Assembly: GCA_039096225.1 (NCBI GenBank)
Contig: JBBPEB010000027.1
Coordinates: 868,001 to 932,000 of the forward strand
Origin: Blastocystis sp. Blastoise
Lineage: Eukaryota > Protista > Bigyra: Opalinata
DNA: 64,000 bases
Direction: 5' to 3'
The first letter of the stretch is position 1, and each line of letters opens with the position of its first letter. A model generated the notes under the pieces. The model was not told the DNA's origin and ran no database searches. It saw only the letters and a list, made by a program, of their open reading frames with translations. Of this stretch, positions 61,761 through 64,000 are shown in pieces. The position numbers were made by a program, and so were the translations under genes.

Positions 61761-62270
61761 AGATATATTGATATTAGATATATAGATATAGGTTATTCTA
61801 TAGAACAATAATTCTATATATATATATATATATCATTCTATATAAAAAAAAATATATATATAAACATTAAAGTAGAATACACGTATATATATATTTAAAA
61901 AACTAAAGAAAATGGATATATAATCAAATTATATACATAAACTATAAATACATATTAATATATACAATATAAATATAAATTAAATAAGAATGAATATTAT
62001 TATAGCATAAAGAATTACTAAGTTTATCAATATTAATATAATTTAATGTATTCATAATGGAAAGAGCAGCAACACAAACGAAGCACATTCCCGCGTGACT
62101 CTCACTTCCGATTATATTGCCAAATCCTATTGAAAATAATGGAATAATCATGTTATGGAGAATATATAGTTTTGAAAATATATATATAGAATATAATGGA
62201 TATTATCAAAATAAATAATTAAAAAAAATAGCACAAAAAGAGATAAAATATTTACAATATATACAAAATA

Positions 62271-62334
<64 letters not shown>

Positions 62335-62625
62335 TATATAAATAATACATATAAAAACAATACATATAAAAATAATACATATAAAAACAATACATATAAA
62401 AATTATATATATATAAATAATACATATATATATATATACCACCATCAATATTTTGGCATTTTGCAATATATTTAGACATTACATCAATATTAATATATTC
62501 TTGTGGACTCTTCGGTAAACGTAATAAATATAAAGTTTGAACACAACAATAACTAAATCGAGCATCTATTTCACCATATCGATCTCCCATTACACTTCCA
62601 TCTTCTTTTATTAAAGGTAATATAA

Positions 62626-62660
<35 letters not shown>

Positions 62661-63051
62661 ATGAATCATAGAATAATGAGATAAAAATATGATAAATTGA
62701 ATTATATAGAAAATACTTTAAAACTTTCATCGAATCAATTTTGTCAAGAGCTCTTAACATACTTAATAACTGAATTGCACTCAACGTATATAAAATATGT
62801 GAATCATGTCCTTTACTTCCACCAAAACCTCCATCTTCATTCTGACTAGATAAAATGAATTCTAATAGTTCATCACGACTTAAATTATCTTCAGCATTCA
62901 ACATCATTAACGTAGAATAACCCCAATATATTCCGCTCATTTTTAAATGAGCTGTAACGACACTTGTGAGAGTATCTTTTTCTTGTGCAGATTTAGTAAC
63001 ATATTCTATATGTTTGTCAGTATAGAATGTGAGATCTTCTGTTTCAGTCAT
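60887..63051 (-). CDS. RABGGTB: Rab geranylgeranyltransferase beta subunit
   Basis: [78 protein letters not shown]. Confidence 0.93.
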
Positions 63052-63277
63052 GAAATAATTCAAATAAAGAAGGATAAACAGAATAACATTTTTATTTCCA
63101 AAAGAATAAAGACAATGTCAGTCAAATACTGATTTTTCCCTAAAACAACATTCAGTTTTCCATTTTTCCATTCAATACTTTTGTCGAATAATTGTATCTT
63201 TATTATCACGTAAATACTTGCTAATTATCCATATTTGATTCGTAATACTTCTATAGTTCAAAGAAAGATATAAGAAA

Positions 63278-64000
63278 ATGAGTGAAACAATGGATGAAAA
63301 GAAATATGATATAATTGTTATCGATTCTGCGGCATTTATTAAAGGAGCTAAAATAGATAATGTTGGAAAAGAATTTTATTCCATCAAAGAAGTCATGGAA
63401 GAAATCAAAGATAAGCAATCTCGTGGTTTATTAGAACGTTTTCCTTATGAAATTAAATTAAAGGAACCTTCCGATGAGTCTATAATGGCAGGTATTTCTC
63501 TTTTTTTATTATTTTTTTATGTTATTTATTTATATATATTCAATTTAGTCGCATCATTTGCCCGTTTGACTGGTGATCTTCGTCATATTTCTAAAGTTGA
63601 TCTTAAAGTTATGGCATTAACTTATGAGTTAGAAGTTCAGAAGAATGGAAAAGATAGTGTTCGTACAGAACCTGTTGATGTATATATGTATAGTGTATTT
63701 TTACCATGATTCTAATATATTTTCTTTTATTATTTTTTTTATTTGTTTATTTTTATATTATCCTTGTGTATATATCATTCTTATTAACCAATAATAAATA
63801 TATATAGACTAGTCGTTATTACCGCGGGACTGATGTATTAAGAACTGTTGGTGTTAATGTATCTAATGAAATATGTCAATATTATAATACTGAAAAAGGA
63901 TGTAGTTTTGGAAATGCATGTAAAAATAGACATGTATATATATATTTATTATTTTATATATTTAATTTATGTGTTTATTTAATATATGTGTTTATATTTT
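63278..64000 (+). CDS. NOB1: 20S pre-rRNA endonuclease NOB1, 5' part (runs off the window)
   Basis: PIN motifs VIDSAAFI, VMEEIKDKQSR, FARLTGDLRHISKVDLKVMALTYELE; divergent from RABGGTB, 226 bp apart. Confidence 0.9.

Overview
Very AT-rich (roughly 80% by eye), intron-rich, gene-dense eukaryotic nuclear DNA. It looks like a protist, possibly a Blastocystis-like stramenopile, but the taxonomy is inference only. Walking the splice junctions by hand gives 15 multi-exon protein genes: an RRM plus giant Asn-rich protein, a USP10-like deubiquitinase, a SAM-type mitochondrial carrier, a small disordered protein, a CH-domain/single-alpha-helix/tail-anchored protein, a ~16-kb FANCM, a DHHC palmitoyltransferase, PDK, PUS10, RMC1/Mic1, alanine aminotransferase, DNAJC3, a TEY MAPK, RABGGTB and the 5' part of NOB1. 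Most small ORFs in the track are shadows of (AAT)n/(TA)n microsatellites. No rRNA, tRNA, CRISPR or transposon was seen. The notable signals are: (1) an unusual splicing landscape, with introns bracketed by mutually complementary (TA)n ends, one textbook U12 AT-AC intron, and several junctions that only restore frame with non-GT (mostly ATAT..AG) donors; (2) a strongly over-represented CCGCGG palindrome written into exons in different frames and strands, with a halo of C>T decay variants; (3) unusual domain architectures (FANCM with NZF, UBZ and PZP fingers; RMC1 with a PDZ; NOB1 with a CCCH finger; a nesprin-like CH-SAH-TM protein).
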